Origin: Casimicrobiaceae bacterium | GTDB lineage: Bacteria > Pseudomonadota > Gammaproteobacteria > Burkholderiales > Casimicrobiaceae | DNA: 58,145 nucleotides | Reading direction: 5' to 3' | Assembly: GCA_035543635.1 (NCBI GenBank) | Contig: DATKJP010000235.1 | Coordinates: 1 to 58,145, forward strand | Shown here: piece after piece, positions 43,488 to 51,520 of the stretch | Position numbering within the stretch: the first letter of the stretch is position 1 | Layout: the number at the start of each line of letters is the position of its first letter | The notes under the pieces: generated by a model | The model's database searches: none | Told to the model about the DNA's origin: nothing | The model's input: the letters and a program-made list of their open reading frames with translations, nothing else | Program-made: the position numbers and the translations under genes

Positions 43488-46249
43488 TGAGCGTCCTCCG
43501 GGCGCCGCGGTGGAACCGGCGCGAGGTAACCGATCAAGAGCAGCAGCAGGCCCACCCCGATGAACGAAACGATGCGCTCGACGGTGCCTGAATGTCCGAG
43601 GTCCACGCTGAAGAGCTTCACGACCACGAGCGCCAGCAATACGGCGCCGGCGACCCAGGCAGCGCGCCAGCGGCGCCGGTTTGCAAGCAGCATTGCGGCC
43701 AGCGCGATTGCGGTCCACAGCAGCGAGAAAGTCGCCTGTACCAGCGTCGATCGCCAGAGCGCATCAAACGTGAAAGGAATGTCGAACCAGAAATGAATCG
43801 TGCGCAGTACCGCGGCATTCACCCAGAAGAAGATCAGCGCAGTGAAGCTCGTCGCGATGATCGCTGGCCCGATCGCGCGCGCGAGCGGGTCGTCATCGCG
43901 CTTGAGCTGCGCGAGCCAGGTCGCGCCGGCAATCAGCGCCAGCGCCTGCGTGAGGTCGAGCGGGTTCGCGAGCGGCAGATAAGGCAAGGGCAGCGGATCG
44001 CCGTCACCCTGCGTGTTCGCGATGAGGGTCCAGAGTATGAGAACCGACAGGAGTGGCACGGCGCCAAACACCATGTATGCGCGGCGATGCGGGCTCATCG
44101 GCCACATGACGCTCGGGCTCGTATGGCTCACGGCGAGCACTGCGAGCGCCGGGATCAAGCCCCAGGGCACGACCATCCAGACTCCGTCGACGGCGCCGAT
44201 CTGGCGTCCCAGCCAGGAGAATTCCTCCGCGACGACGAACACCGCCAGCCACAGCGTTCCCGCGTGCCAGAACGCCATCGGCGCGGCAATCGACCCGGTG
44301 CTCGGAGGCCGCTCGAAACGATCGAGCAGCCACACCACCACCGCGAATGCCACCGGCCACGCGAGGTAACCGCCGTGGGCGAGGAGATGGTCGACGCGCA
44401 TCCAGCGATCCGCTGTCGCGCCGAGCGCAATGAGAAGCAGCGCCGGCAGCAGCGCCAGCGCCGGGATGCGCGCGATCGGCCACTCGAGGCTCTTCTCTGC
44501 AATCGCAAACGCGACCGCGGTAAGCGTAAGAAAACCGACCAGAAACGCGAGACGCGTCTCTGGCGAAGCCCATCGCTCGATCTCCTGCCAGCCTCCGAAA
44601 AGCCACCAGGCGTTACCCCACGCGAAGAGCAGAATCGCGATGACGGTCTTTTCGCTGTCGCTCACTTCGTCCCGCCGGCGCCAAAGCAGCCACGCGCTAT
44701 ACAGTCCGGCAAGCGCGATGAGCGTCGCGCCCAAGAACTCGCTGTTGAGAATCGCCATCGGCGCGAGCGCCGTCGGAGCGGTCGCGACGTGCCATCCATA
44801 CCCCACGCCTGCAGCCAGTTGCAGCAGCAGGCCAAAGCCGCGCGCCGGCAGCCGCTGCTGCCGCACGCCGACCCATAGGATCGCCGCTCCTTCGAGTGCC
44901 CAGGTCGCCGAAGTCCAGCGCGCGTCGAGCGCGAGCGGGATTGCCAGCGTGGCGAAGATCACACCCAGCGCGAGGAAGGATTCGACCAGCAAGCGGAGCG
45001 CTGCCGCGCGCGCGTAGAGAATCCAGGCAAGGGACAGGTAGAGCGCGGCAGCGGCGAGGGCGGAAAGCGCCATGCCGTATTGCATATCGCGGACCAGTGC
45101 GCTCTGCAGTGCCGCAGCGACCAGCGGCGTGCCGAAGACGATCGTCCCATCGATGTAGCGCGACAGCTCGACCGAGCGGCGCAGCGCATAAAGAACGGCA
45201 ACGCCGACGTAGAAAAGGAAGAACAGGACGAGAAACGGCTCCGTCGTCGCGAAGAACTCGGGGCGATACTTGAGATAGCCCCAGATCGAGCCCACCACGA
45301 AGGTAAACACGAAGCCGATGAGGTTCAGCACGCGCCAGGCCTTGAACCACGCGATGCCCAGGATGGCCGCGTTCAGCAGCGCGTAGTAACTGAAGAGAAA
45401 GACGTGATTGCCTGCGCTCGTCGCGGTGAGAATCGGCGCCAGGAAGCCGCCGACGACGGCGATCACTGCCATCGCGATCGCGTCCTGACGAATAGCGAGC
45501 CAGCTCGATAGACCTGCGACGGCTACGAGCACGGCGAAAGTCAGGCCCGGCGGCAGCAGCGCGTACAGCCGGTACGCGGCGAATGCGGTGAGATAGAGGA
45601 CACCCACGCCTCCGCCCTGCAGCACCATCGCGTAGCCGGGCCGGCGCAGGCGCAAGCGCCAGCCGACAATGAGCAAGGCAATGCCGCCGAGCGCGACGAA
45701 GGAGAGGCGTAGCTCGATCGGCACGCGAACATGCTCGACCGTGTACTTCACGAGAAAGCCGAGACCGATGAGCAGGAGCAGCATACCCACCCGCGCCAGC
45801 GTATTGACGCCCATGAACCACGCGAGCCACGGCGGCATGGGAGTCCGCGCCGCCGCCACAGGCGCGCGTGAGGGAAGGCTCGGATCGCCGGTTCCGCCGT
45901 GACGCACAGCCACGGCTTGCGGCGGCGGCTCGGCGTCAGAAAAACTCGGGATCGGCGCGGCGGGCGGAGTCGTCTCTTCCACTGGCTCCGGGCGAGGCGC
46001 CGCTCGGCTTGCCGGCGTCTCAGGCGTCGGTTCGCGCTCCGGTGCAGCACCCGCGGGGGCTTGGGCGAGCTGCGATCGCAGCGCTTCGACCTGTGATTCC
46101 AGCTTCGCCACGCGGTCGACGAGACTCGTGCGCTTCTGCCCGGCGATGATGCCCGCGAACAGCCCGATCAGCGCGCCGACGAACGCGCCCCGGAAGTCCC
46201 AGAGGCTGGCGCCGACCAATGCCCCGACGATCAGTCCAACTGCCCACAT
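43484..46249 (-). CDS. DUF2339-like large polytopic membrane protein
   Basis: 921 aa. One N-terminal TM helix, a coiled-coil (VAKLESQVEALRSQLA), a Pro-rich linker, then more than 20 hydrophobic helices. Confidence 0.8.
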   Translation of the reverse strand: MWAVGLIVGALVGASLWDFRGAFVGALIGLFAGIIAGQKRTSLVDRVAKLESQVEALRSQLAQAPAGAAPEREPTPETPASRAAPRPEPVEETTPPAAPIPSFSDAEPPPQAVAVRHGGTGDPSLPSRAPVAAARTPMPPWLAWFMGVNTLARVGMLLLLIGLGFLVKYTVEHVRVPIELRLSFVALGGIALLIVGWRLRLRRPGYAMVLQGGGVGVLYLTAFAAYRLYALLPPGLTFAVLVAVAGLSSWLAIRQDAIAMAVIAVVGGFLAPILTATSAGNHVFLFSYYALLNAAILGIAWFKAWRVLNLIGFVFTFVVGSIWGYLKYRPEFFATTEPFLVLFFLFYVGVAVLYALRRSVELSRYIDGTIVFGTPLVAAALQSALVRDMQYGMALSALAAAALYLSLAWILYARAAALRLLVESFLALGVIFATLAIPLALDARWTSATWALEGAAILWVGVRQQRLPARGFGLLLQLAAGVGYGWHVATAPTALAPMAILNSEFLGATLIALAGLYSAWLLWRRRDEVSDSEKTVIAILLFAWGNAWWLFGGWQEIERWASPETRLAFLVGFLTLTAVAFAIAEKSLEWPIARIPALALLPALLLIALGATADRWMRVDHLLAHGGYLAWPVAFAVVVWLLDRFERPPSTGSIAAPMAFWHAGTLWLAVFVVAEEFSWLGRQIGAVDGVWMVVPWGLIPALAVLAVSHTSPSVMWPMSPHRRAYMVFGAVPLLSVLILWTLIANTQGDGDPLPLPYLPLANPLDLTQALALIAGATWLAQLKRDDDPLARAIGPAIIATSFTALIFFWVNAAVLRTIHFWFDIPFTFDALWRSTLVQATFSLLWTAIALAAMLLANRRRWRAAWVAGAVLLALVVVKLFSVDLGHSGTVERIVSFIGVGLLLLLIGYLAPVPPRRPEDAQ

Positions 46250-46339
46250 GATTCCTCCCTCGTTCCTCGGGCCGGCTCAGTATCTCGCTCTACCCCGAAG
46301 CCCCCAATACGACCAACGGATGAAGCTCGGCTTCGACCT

Positions 46340-48253
46340 CTAGCGCCAGTCGCCGCGCAGCGCGAGCACCGTTTCTTGCAGGAGCTCCGGCGTCGCGCGC
46401 GCAGGTGCCACCGGCGCACCTGCCACCAGCGCGATCTTCGAGAACAAACCGCGGAGCCGCCGCATCGCCTTGCCGCTGGAATTGCGGCTGAAGAAGCTGC
46501 CCCACAGCCCGCGCAGCGCCATCGGCACGACCGGCACCGGCTCCTTCTCGAGAATGCGCTGCAGCCCCGGGCGAAAACGGTTGAGCTCGCCGTTGTCGGT
46601 GATCTTTCCCTCCGGGAAGATGCATACGATCTCGCCGGCTTTGAGCGCGTCTGCGGCTTCCGTGAAGGCGCGCTCCTTCAGCACTGCGTCTTCCTTTGCA
46701 GGCGCGATGGGAATCGCGCGCATGGTGCGGAAGATGAAGTTGAGCAGTGGCACGGCGAAGATGCGGTGGTCCATCACGAAGCGGATCGGACGGCGCACGC
46801 AGGCGGCGATCACGATAGCATCGACATAGCTCACGTGATTGCACACGATCACGCAGGCTCCCTCCGCTGGCACGCGCTCGAGCCCCTGCTTGTCCACCCG
46901 ATAAAAGCTGTGGATGAGCAGCCACGCCAGGAAGCGCATTAGGAACTCGGGGACGAGCGAGTAGATGTAGAGCGCGACGATCGCGTTCATCAATCCGGTG
47001 GCGAGGAAAAGCGCGGGGATGCTGAGTCCGGCCTTGAGCAGCCCCAGTGCGATGCCAGCCGAGGCAACCATGAAGAGCGCGTTGAGGATGTTGTTGGCGG
47101 CAATGATGCGCGAGCGGTACGCCGGATCGGAGCGCTCCTGGATCAGCGCGTACAGCGGCACGATGTAGAAGCCGCCGAACATCCCAAGCAGCACCAGATC
47201 GGCGGCAACACGCCAGTGCGCACCCACCGCGAGGAAGCCCTCGATCCCGGATTGGCCCGTCGGCACGAGCCCCTCGCTGGCGAAATAGAGATCGATCGCG
47301 AAGAGCGACAACCCGATCGAGCCGAAAGGCACGAGCCCCAACTCGACCTTGTGTCCGGACAGGCGTTCGCACAGCAGTGACCCGATGCCGATCCCGACCG
47401 AGAAGATCGCGAGCAGCAGCGTTGCAACATGCTCGTCGCCGCCCAGCACGTCCTTGGTGAAAGTGGCGAACTGCGTGAGGTAGGTCGCTCCGTAGAACCA
47501 GAACCAGGAGATGCCGAGCATGGAGAGCCACACCACGCGATTGCCGTACGCAAACCGCAGGTTGCGCGCGGTCTCGGTGAACGGGTTCCAGTTGATCTTG
47601 AGGGCCGGCGCAACCGCGGGCGTGTTCGGGATGCCGCGGCTCACGAGATAACCGGCGATGGCGATGGCGATACACACCGCGCCCGAGAGCAGCGGCCCGG
47701 TGGGTTTGATCGCGATCACCAGGCCGCCGACGATTTCACCGAGCAGGATCGCGACGAAAGTACCCATCTCCACGAGCCCGTTGCCGCCAATCAGCTCGTC
47801 GGGGCGCAGACTCTGAGGAAGGATGGCGTATTTCACCGGCCCGAAGAGGGTCGAATGCACGCCCATGAGCCCCAGCGCGAGAAAGAGCAGGACGAGGTCG
47901 CGCCGGTAGAACCCGATCGCGCCGATCACCATGATCCCGGTCTCGAAGAGCTTAATGAAGCGGATCAGCCGCGACTTCTCGAATTTGTCGGCGATCTGGC
48001 CCGCAGTAGCCGAAAACAGCACGAACGGCGCGATGAACACCGCTGCCGCGATGTTCACGAGATCGTTCGAGGACAGCGCGGTGAGCGTCGCCGCCTGGAA
48101 CGCAACGAAGATGACGAGCGCGTTCTTGTAGACGTTGTCGTTGCCGGCGCCGAGAAACTGGGTCCAGAAGAAGGGCGCGAAGCGGCGCTCGCGCAGCAGA
48201 CGGAACTGGCTGTGTTCGGGCATTGCCCGTTGCGGATCGGTCGGTTCAGACAT
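46340..48253 (-). CDS. Fusion protein: MFS lysophospholipid-transporter-like domain + PlsC-type acyltransferase domain
   Basis: The N-terminal ~410 aa form a 12-TM MFS domain (LplT-like). The C-terminal domain carries the acyltransferase H(X)4D motif (CNHVSYVD) and FPEG motif (IFPEGKIT). Confidence 0.85.
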   Translation of the reverse strand: MSEPTDPQRAMPEHSQFRLLRERRFAPFFWTQFLGAGNDNVYKNALVIFVAFQAATLTALSSNDLVNIAAAVFIAPFVLFSATAGQIADKFEKSRLIRFIKLFETGIMVIGAIGFYRRDLVLLFLALGLMGVHSTLFGPVKYAILPQSLRPDELIGGNGLVEMGTFVAILLGEIVGGLVIAIKPTGPLLSGAVCIAIAIAGYLVSRGIPNTPAVAPALKINWNPFTETARNLRFAYGNRVVWLSMLGISWFWFYGATYLTQFATFTKDVLGGDEHVATLLLAIFSVGIGIGSLLCERLSGHKVELGLVPFGSIGLSLFAIDLYFASEGLVPTGQSGIEGFLAVGAHWRVAADLVLLGMFGGFYIVPLYALIQERSDPAYRSRIIAANNILNALFMVASAGIALGLLKAGLSIPALFLATGLMNAIVALYIYSLVPEFLMRFLAWLLIHSFYRVDKQGLERVPAEGACVIVCNHVSYVDAIVIAACVRRPIRFVMDHRIFAVPLLNFIFRTMRAIPIAPAKEDAVLKERAFTEAADALKAGEIVCIFPEGKITDNGELNRFRPGLQRILEKEPVPVVPMALRGLWGSFFSRNSSGKAMRRLRGLFSKIALVAGAPVAPARATPELLQETVLALRGDWR

Positions 48254-48288
48254 GCGCGAGCCTCTCGCCTCAGGATTTCGCCGTCGTG

Positions 48289-48600
48289 TCAGTAATGCGT
48301 CGCCAGGTAGTCACGCACCGCGTCGAGCGCCATGCGCACGGCGTTCGCGTCAGGCCGGAAATATACTTCCTTGCCGATTTTCTCGCGCTCCAGCACGCCG
48401 GCTTCTGTGAGGACGCGTAGATGATGCGACACCGCGGTGCGCGAGAGCGTGGACGCCGCGACGATCTGCCCGACGTTGAGACGCTCGCCGCGCTCGAACA
48501 TGAGCAGGATCCGCTGCCGGTGCGGATCGCCGAGCGCCACGAAGATCCGGGCGATGCGGCGCCACGGCGCAGGGATGGCCCGCGCGTAGGCCCTCTTCAT
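48289..48600 (-). CDS. ArsR/SmtB family transcriptional regulator
   Basis: 103 aa with a winged-HTH pattern (FVALGDPHRQRILLML......NVGQIVAASTLSRTAVSHHLRVLTEAGVL). Confidence 0.85.
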   Translation of the reverse strand: MKRAYARAIPAPWRRIARIFVALGDPHRQRILLMFERGERLNVGQIVAASTLSRTAVSHHLRVLTEAGVLEREKIGKEVYFRPDANAVRMALDAVRDYLATHY

Positions 48601-48650
48601 GTCGATATGCCTAGTTGCATAGTTATGTCACGATACCCCTTTCCGCAGTC

Positions 48651-48678
48651 TTGTCAAGCCGTGCGACTCGGCTACAAT
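48651..48678 (+). promoter_or_regulatory. Candidate sigma70 promoter of thyA
   Basis: TTGTCA (48651-48656), a 16-nt spacer, then TACAAT (48673-48678), 30 nt upstream of the thyA GTG. Confidence 0.4.
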
Positions 48679-48707
48679 CCACGCTCCCCCGAGCAGCGAG
48701 CCCTCCC

Positions 48708-49502
48708 GTGCGCACCTACCTCGACTTCATGCGCCATGTGCGCGAGCACGGCGTGCGCAAGGACGATCGCACCGGCACAGGGACGCTGTCCGTGTTCGGC
48801 TACCAGATGCGCTTCGATCTCGCGGCCGGCTTTCCGCTTCTCACCACCAAGAAGATTCATACGCGGTCGATCATCCACGAGCTCTTGTGGTTTCTCGCCG
48901 GCGACACCAACGTGCGTTATCTGCGCGAGAACGGCGTGACGATCTGGGACGAATGGGCGGATGAGAATAGCGAGCTCGGCCCGATCTACGGCTACCAGTG
49001 GCGCTCCTGGCCAGCGCCCGATGGCCACCACATCGACCAGATGACCAACGTCCTGGCCGAGATCCGCAGGAATCCGGATTCGCGAAGGCTCATCGTCTCA
49101 GCGTGGAACGTCGCCGATCTGCCGCGGATGAAGCTCCCGCCCTGCCATCTGCTGTTCCAGTTCTACGTGGCTGAGGGCAGGCTCTCCTGCCAGCTTTATC
49201 AGCGCAGCTGCGACATCTTCCTCGGCGTGCCGTTCAACATCGCCTCGTACGCGCTGCTCACGCACTTGGTCGCGCAGCAGAGCGATCTCGAGGTCGGCGA
49301 CTTCGTGTGGGTCGGCGGCGACTGCCACCTCTACCTGAATCATCTCGATCAGGTCGCCACCCAGCTTGATCGCACGCCGTTTCCGCCCCCACGGCTCGTG
49401 ATCAAGCGGCGCGCGCCGTCCCTGTTCGAGTACCGATATGAGGATTTCGAGATCGTCGACTATCGGTGCCACCCGTCGATCAAAGCCGCGGTCGCGGTGT
49501 AG
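48708..49502 (+). CDS. thyA: Thymidylate synthase
   Basis: A GTG start gives 264 aa, collinear with E. coli ThyA ([26 protein letters not shown]. ; PCH..FQFYV). Confidence 0.95.
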   Translation: MRTYLDFMRHVREHGVRKDDRTGTGTLSVFGYQMRFDLAAGFPLLTTKKIHTRSIIHELLWFLAGDTNVRYLRENGVTIWDEWADENSELGPIYGYQWRSWPAPDGHHIDQMTNVLAEIRRNPDSRRLIVSAWNVADLPRMKLPPCHLLFQFYVAEGRLSCQLYQRSCDIFLGVPFNIASYALLTHLVAQQSDLEVGDFVWVGGDCHLYLNHLDQVATQLDRTPFPPPRLVIKRRAPSLFEYRYEDFEIVDYRCHPSIKAAVAV

Positions 49503-49513
49503 CCGGAAGAACC

Positions 49514-49546
49514 AAAAAAAAGCCCGCTGGGAGGAAGTGAGCGGGC
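49514..49546 (-). terminator. Rho-independent terminator (minus-strand orientation)
   Basis: Minus strand reads GCCCGCT-CACTTCCTCCC-AGCGGGC followed by TTTTTTTT. On the plus strand there is no U-tract after the hairpin, so it terminates a minus-strand transcript coming from the glrR side. Confidence 0.7.
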
Positions 49547-49647
49547 AAGGGGGATTCCGATGGTCGGAGCGCTATCCCGGCTCCGAGAGGGTCAGGCGAT
49601 GCGGGCCTTTCCGTCCCGCGGCCACCTGCGGCCAGTTGATCTGTTCG

Positions 49648-49818
49648 CTAGACCACGCTGCGCGCGGCGTTAACCCGCTCGCACAACTCCTCGAGTGCCA
49701 CCTGTTGCGCGGGAGAGAGGCCTTCCGGGCCCGAAACTATCTCTGCGCGGGGGCGTTCGCCGGGCGACTCCGCATCACGGAGCCAGAAGCTCGACAATTC
49801 CGGAGAGAACGTGTCCAT
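49648..49818 (-). CDS. Candidate small ORF (56 aa) under the sigma54 promoter, no recognisable family
   Basis: GAGG-N7-ATG. Peptide is MDTFSPELSSFWLRDAESPGERPRAEIVSGPEGLSPAQQVALEELCERVNAARSVV. About 78% G/C at third positions, like the true genes here. Below the 60-aa cutoff of the ORF track. It lies between the predicted TSS (~49867) and the terminator. Confidence 0.45.
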   Translation of the reverse strand: MDTFSPELSSFWLRDAESPGERPRAEIVSGPEGLSPAQQVALEELCERVNAARSVV

Positions 49819-49877
49819 TCCTTTACCTCGTTCCGCAGCGCTTGTTGTCGCCCGTTGCCCCTTTCGGTTTTCGGGAA

Positions 49878-49893
49878 AGCAACGGGTATGCCA
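49878..49893 (-). promoter_or_regulatory. Sigma54 (-24/-12) promoter
   Basis: Minus strand reads TGGCAT-ACCCG-TTGCT, with correct GG-N10-GC spacing and a near-consensus match to TGGCAC-N5-TTGCW. Confidence 0.65.
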
Positions 49894-49912
49894 AACTCGA
49901 GCGACTACGCTA

Positions 49913-49925
49913 AATCAATGACTTG
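49913..49925 (+). promoter_or_regulatory. IHF-like site between enhancer boxes and sigma54 promoter
   Basis: AATCAATGACTTG matches WATCAANNNNTTR, in an AT-rich stretch about 50 nt upstream of the predicted start site. Confidence 0.35.
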
Positions 49926-49989
49926 CTAGCAGGCCCACGGCATAGAAGTTGGCGCAGCACGGCACAGACTAACGCGCTTGTTGCTTTTG

Positions 49990-50007
49990 TGTCGTAACTG
50001 CCCGACG
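49990..50007. promoter_or_regulatory. GlrR-type enhancer box, one mismatch (TGTC-N10-GACG)
   Basis: TGTCGTAACTGCCCGACG, centred about 130 nt upstream of the predicted sigma54 start site. Confidence 0.45.
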
Positions 50008-50054
50008 CGGACTATGACAATGGCGTTAAGTCATTGAATGACTAGCGATGATTC

Positions 50055-50072
50055 TGTCGCCGATTCCCGACA
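50055..50072. promoter_or_regulatory. GlrR-type enhancer box, perfect TGTC-N10-GACA
   Basis: TGTCGCCGATTCCCGACA, centred about 195 nt upstream of the predicted sigma54 start site and 65 bp from the second box. Confidence 0.55.
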
Positions 50073-50158
50073 GTGGTGACGCAGATGCAACACTCCCCGC
50101 AGAGTCTGCCCGTGGAGTGCCGATCGTCACAGGGCTCGAATGATGGACCTGGCGCGCC

Positions 50159-51517
50159 CTAGGGCTTGCTGCTCTTGAACGTGCCCGGCTCAAGGCGATG
50201 GCGCTGCAGCAGCTTGTAGAACTCGGTGCGATTGCGCTTTGCGAGGGTCGCCGCCTGCGTGACGTTGCCGCCTGTGATCTTCAGCAGACGTACCAGATAG
50301 TCGCGCTCGAACTGCTTCCGCGCTTCTTCGAACGGCGCCAGCATTCCGGCATCCTCGCGTAACGCTCCCTGCACCAGGGTCGCGGGTATGACGCTGGTCG
50401 TGGTGAGCGCCAGCGCTTGCTCGAGCAGGTTGAGCAGCTGCCGGACATTCCCGGGCCACGGTGCGGCGATCAACAGCGCCATCGCGTCCGGCGCGAGCGT
50501 TGGAACCGGTTTCTTGTACCGCTCCGCCAGGCGGCGCAGGAAGTGCGTGGCGAGCAGCGGAATGTCCTCCCGCCGCTCGGCGAGCGCCGGCAGCTTGAGC
50601 GACACGACGTTGAGCCGATAGAAGAGATCCTCGCGAAATTCACCCGCCGTCCGCTGCGCGTCCAAATCGCGATGGGTGGCCGAGATCACGCGCACATCGA
50701 CCGGCACCGACTGCGTCGCGCCGACGGGCCGCACTTCGCCTTCCTGCAGCACGCGCAGGAGTTTTACCTGCAGCGCGAGCGGCATGTCGCCGATCTCGTC
50801 GAGGAAGATCGTGCCGCCATCGGCGGCAAGGAAGAGACCCTTGTGCGCCTGCACCGCGCCGCTGAAGGCGCCGCGGGCGTGACCGAAGAGCTCCGATTCG
50901 AGCAGCGGCTCCGGGATCGCCCCGCAGTTCACGGCGACGAAGGAGCGCGCGCTGCGGCGGCTCGCGCGATGGATCGCGCGCGCGAGCAGCTCCTTGCCCG
51001 TCCCCGAGTCGCCGAAGATCAGCACGCTCGCGTCCGAGTCGGCCACGAGCCGCGCTTGCCGCAGCAGGTCCTCCATCCGAGGGCTGCGCGTGATGATGCC
51101 CGAGCGCCAGTCGCCGCTCGCTTGCCGCGTAGGCTCGGGCGCCTCGCCGGTGAGGCGCATCGCACTCGCAACCTTCTGCAGCAGCTCCTGACTGTCGAAG
51201 GGCTTGGTAAGAAATCCGAACACTCCGCGCTGCGTGGCAGTCACCGCGTCAGGAATCGTTCCATGCGCGGTGAGAATGATCACCGGCAGCGTCGGGTGCT
51301 GCCGGTGGATCGCTTCGAAAAGTGCGAGCCCGTCGATGCCGGGCATGCGCAGATCCGTAATCACGGCCGCGGGCCGCGCGATAGCGAGCGCGGCGAGCGC
51401 CGTCTCGCCGCTGTCTGCGGTGCGCACGCGATAGCCTGCCGAGGTGAGCCGCAGGCTGATCAGCTTCAGCAGATCCGGGTCGTCGTCGACCAGCAGAATG
51501 TCGCCAGTATTCGCCAT
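50159..51517 (-). CDS. glrR: Sigma54-dependent response regulator, GlrR/QseF-like (NtrC family)
   Basis: The receiver domain is nearly collinear with E. coli GlrR (LLVDDDP.LLKL..LRLTS.GY.V.TA.SG ... DLRMP..DG..LF..I....P..PVIILTAHG.IPDAV.ATQ.GVF.FLTKP). AAA+ domain with GDSGTGKEL and GAFSGA (GAFTGA-type sigma54 contact). C-terminal Fis-type HTH. Confidence 0.9.
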   Translation of the reverse strand: MANTGDILLVDDDPDLLKLISLRLTSAGYRVRTADSGETALAALAIARPAAVITDLRMPGIDGLALFEAIHRQHPTLPVIILTAHGTIPDAVTATQRGVFGFLTKPFDSQELLQKVASAMRLTGEAPEPTRQASGDWRSGIITRSPRMEDLLRQARLVADSDASVLIFGDSGTGKELLARAIHRASRRSARSFVAVNCGAIPEPLLESELFGHARGAFSGAVQAHKGLFLAADGGTIFLDEIGDMPLALQVKLLRVLQEGEVRPVGATQSVPVDVRVISATHRDLDAQRTAGEFREDLFYRLNVVSLKLPALAERREDIPLLATHFLRRLAERYKKPVPTLAPDAMALLIAAPWPGNVRQLLNLLEQALALTTTSVIPATLVQGALREDAGMLAPFEEARKQFERDYLVRLLKITGGNVTQAATLAKRNRTEFYKLLQRHRLEPGTFKSSKP

Positions 51518-51520
51518 ACT

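Noticed and set aside
49514-49867. Whether the sigma54-driven transcript is a GlmY/GlmZ homologue.
   Set aside because: I see no resemblance to enterobacterial GlmY sequence or to its three-stem-loop layout. The region has a well-formed SD-ATG ORF instead. This cannot be excluded without a covariance-model search (Rfam GlmY_tke1/GlmZ_SraJ).
49438-49929. Plus-strand ORFs 49438..49929 (163 aa) and 49695..49913 (72 aa) in the thyA-glrR spacer.
   Set aside because: The first starts inside thyA in another frame. Both are Arg/Pro/Gly-rich without SD sequences and run against the promoter and terminator orientation seen in the DNA.
50105-50125. Second sigma54-like motif on the minus strand (CGGCAC-TCCAC-GGGCA) just after the glrR stop, and a TGGCAC at 49694-49699.
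   Set aside because: The first has a poor -12 element (GGGCA versus TTGCA) and lies upstream of the enhancer boxes rather than downstream. The TGGCAC at 49694-49699 has no GC at the required N10 spacing and lies inside the candidate small ORF.
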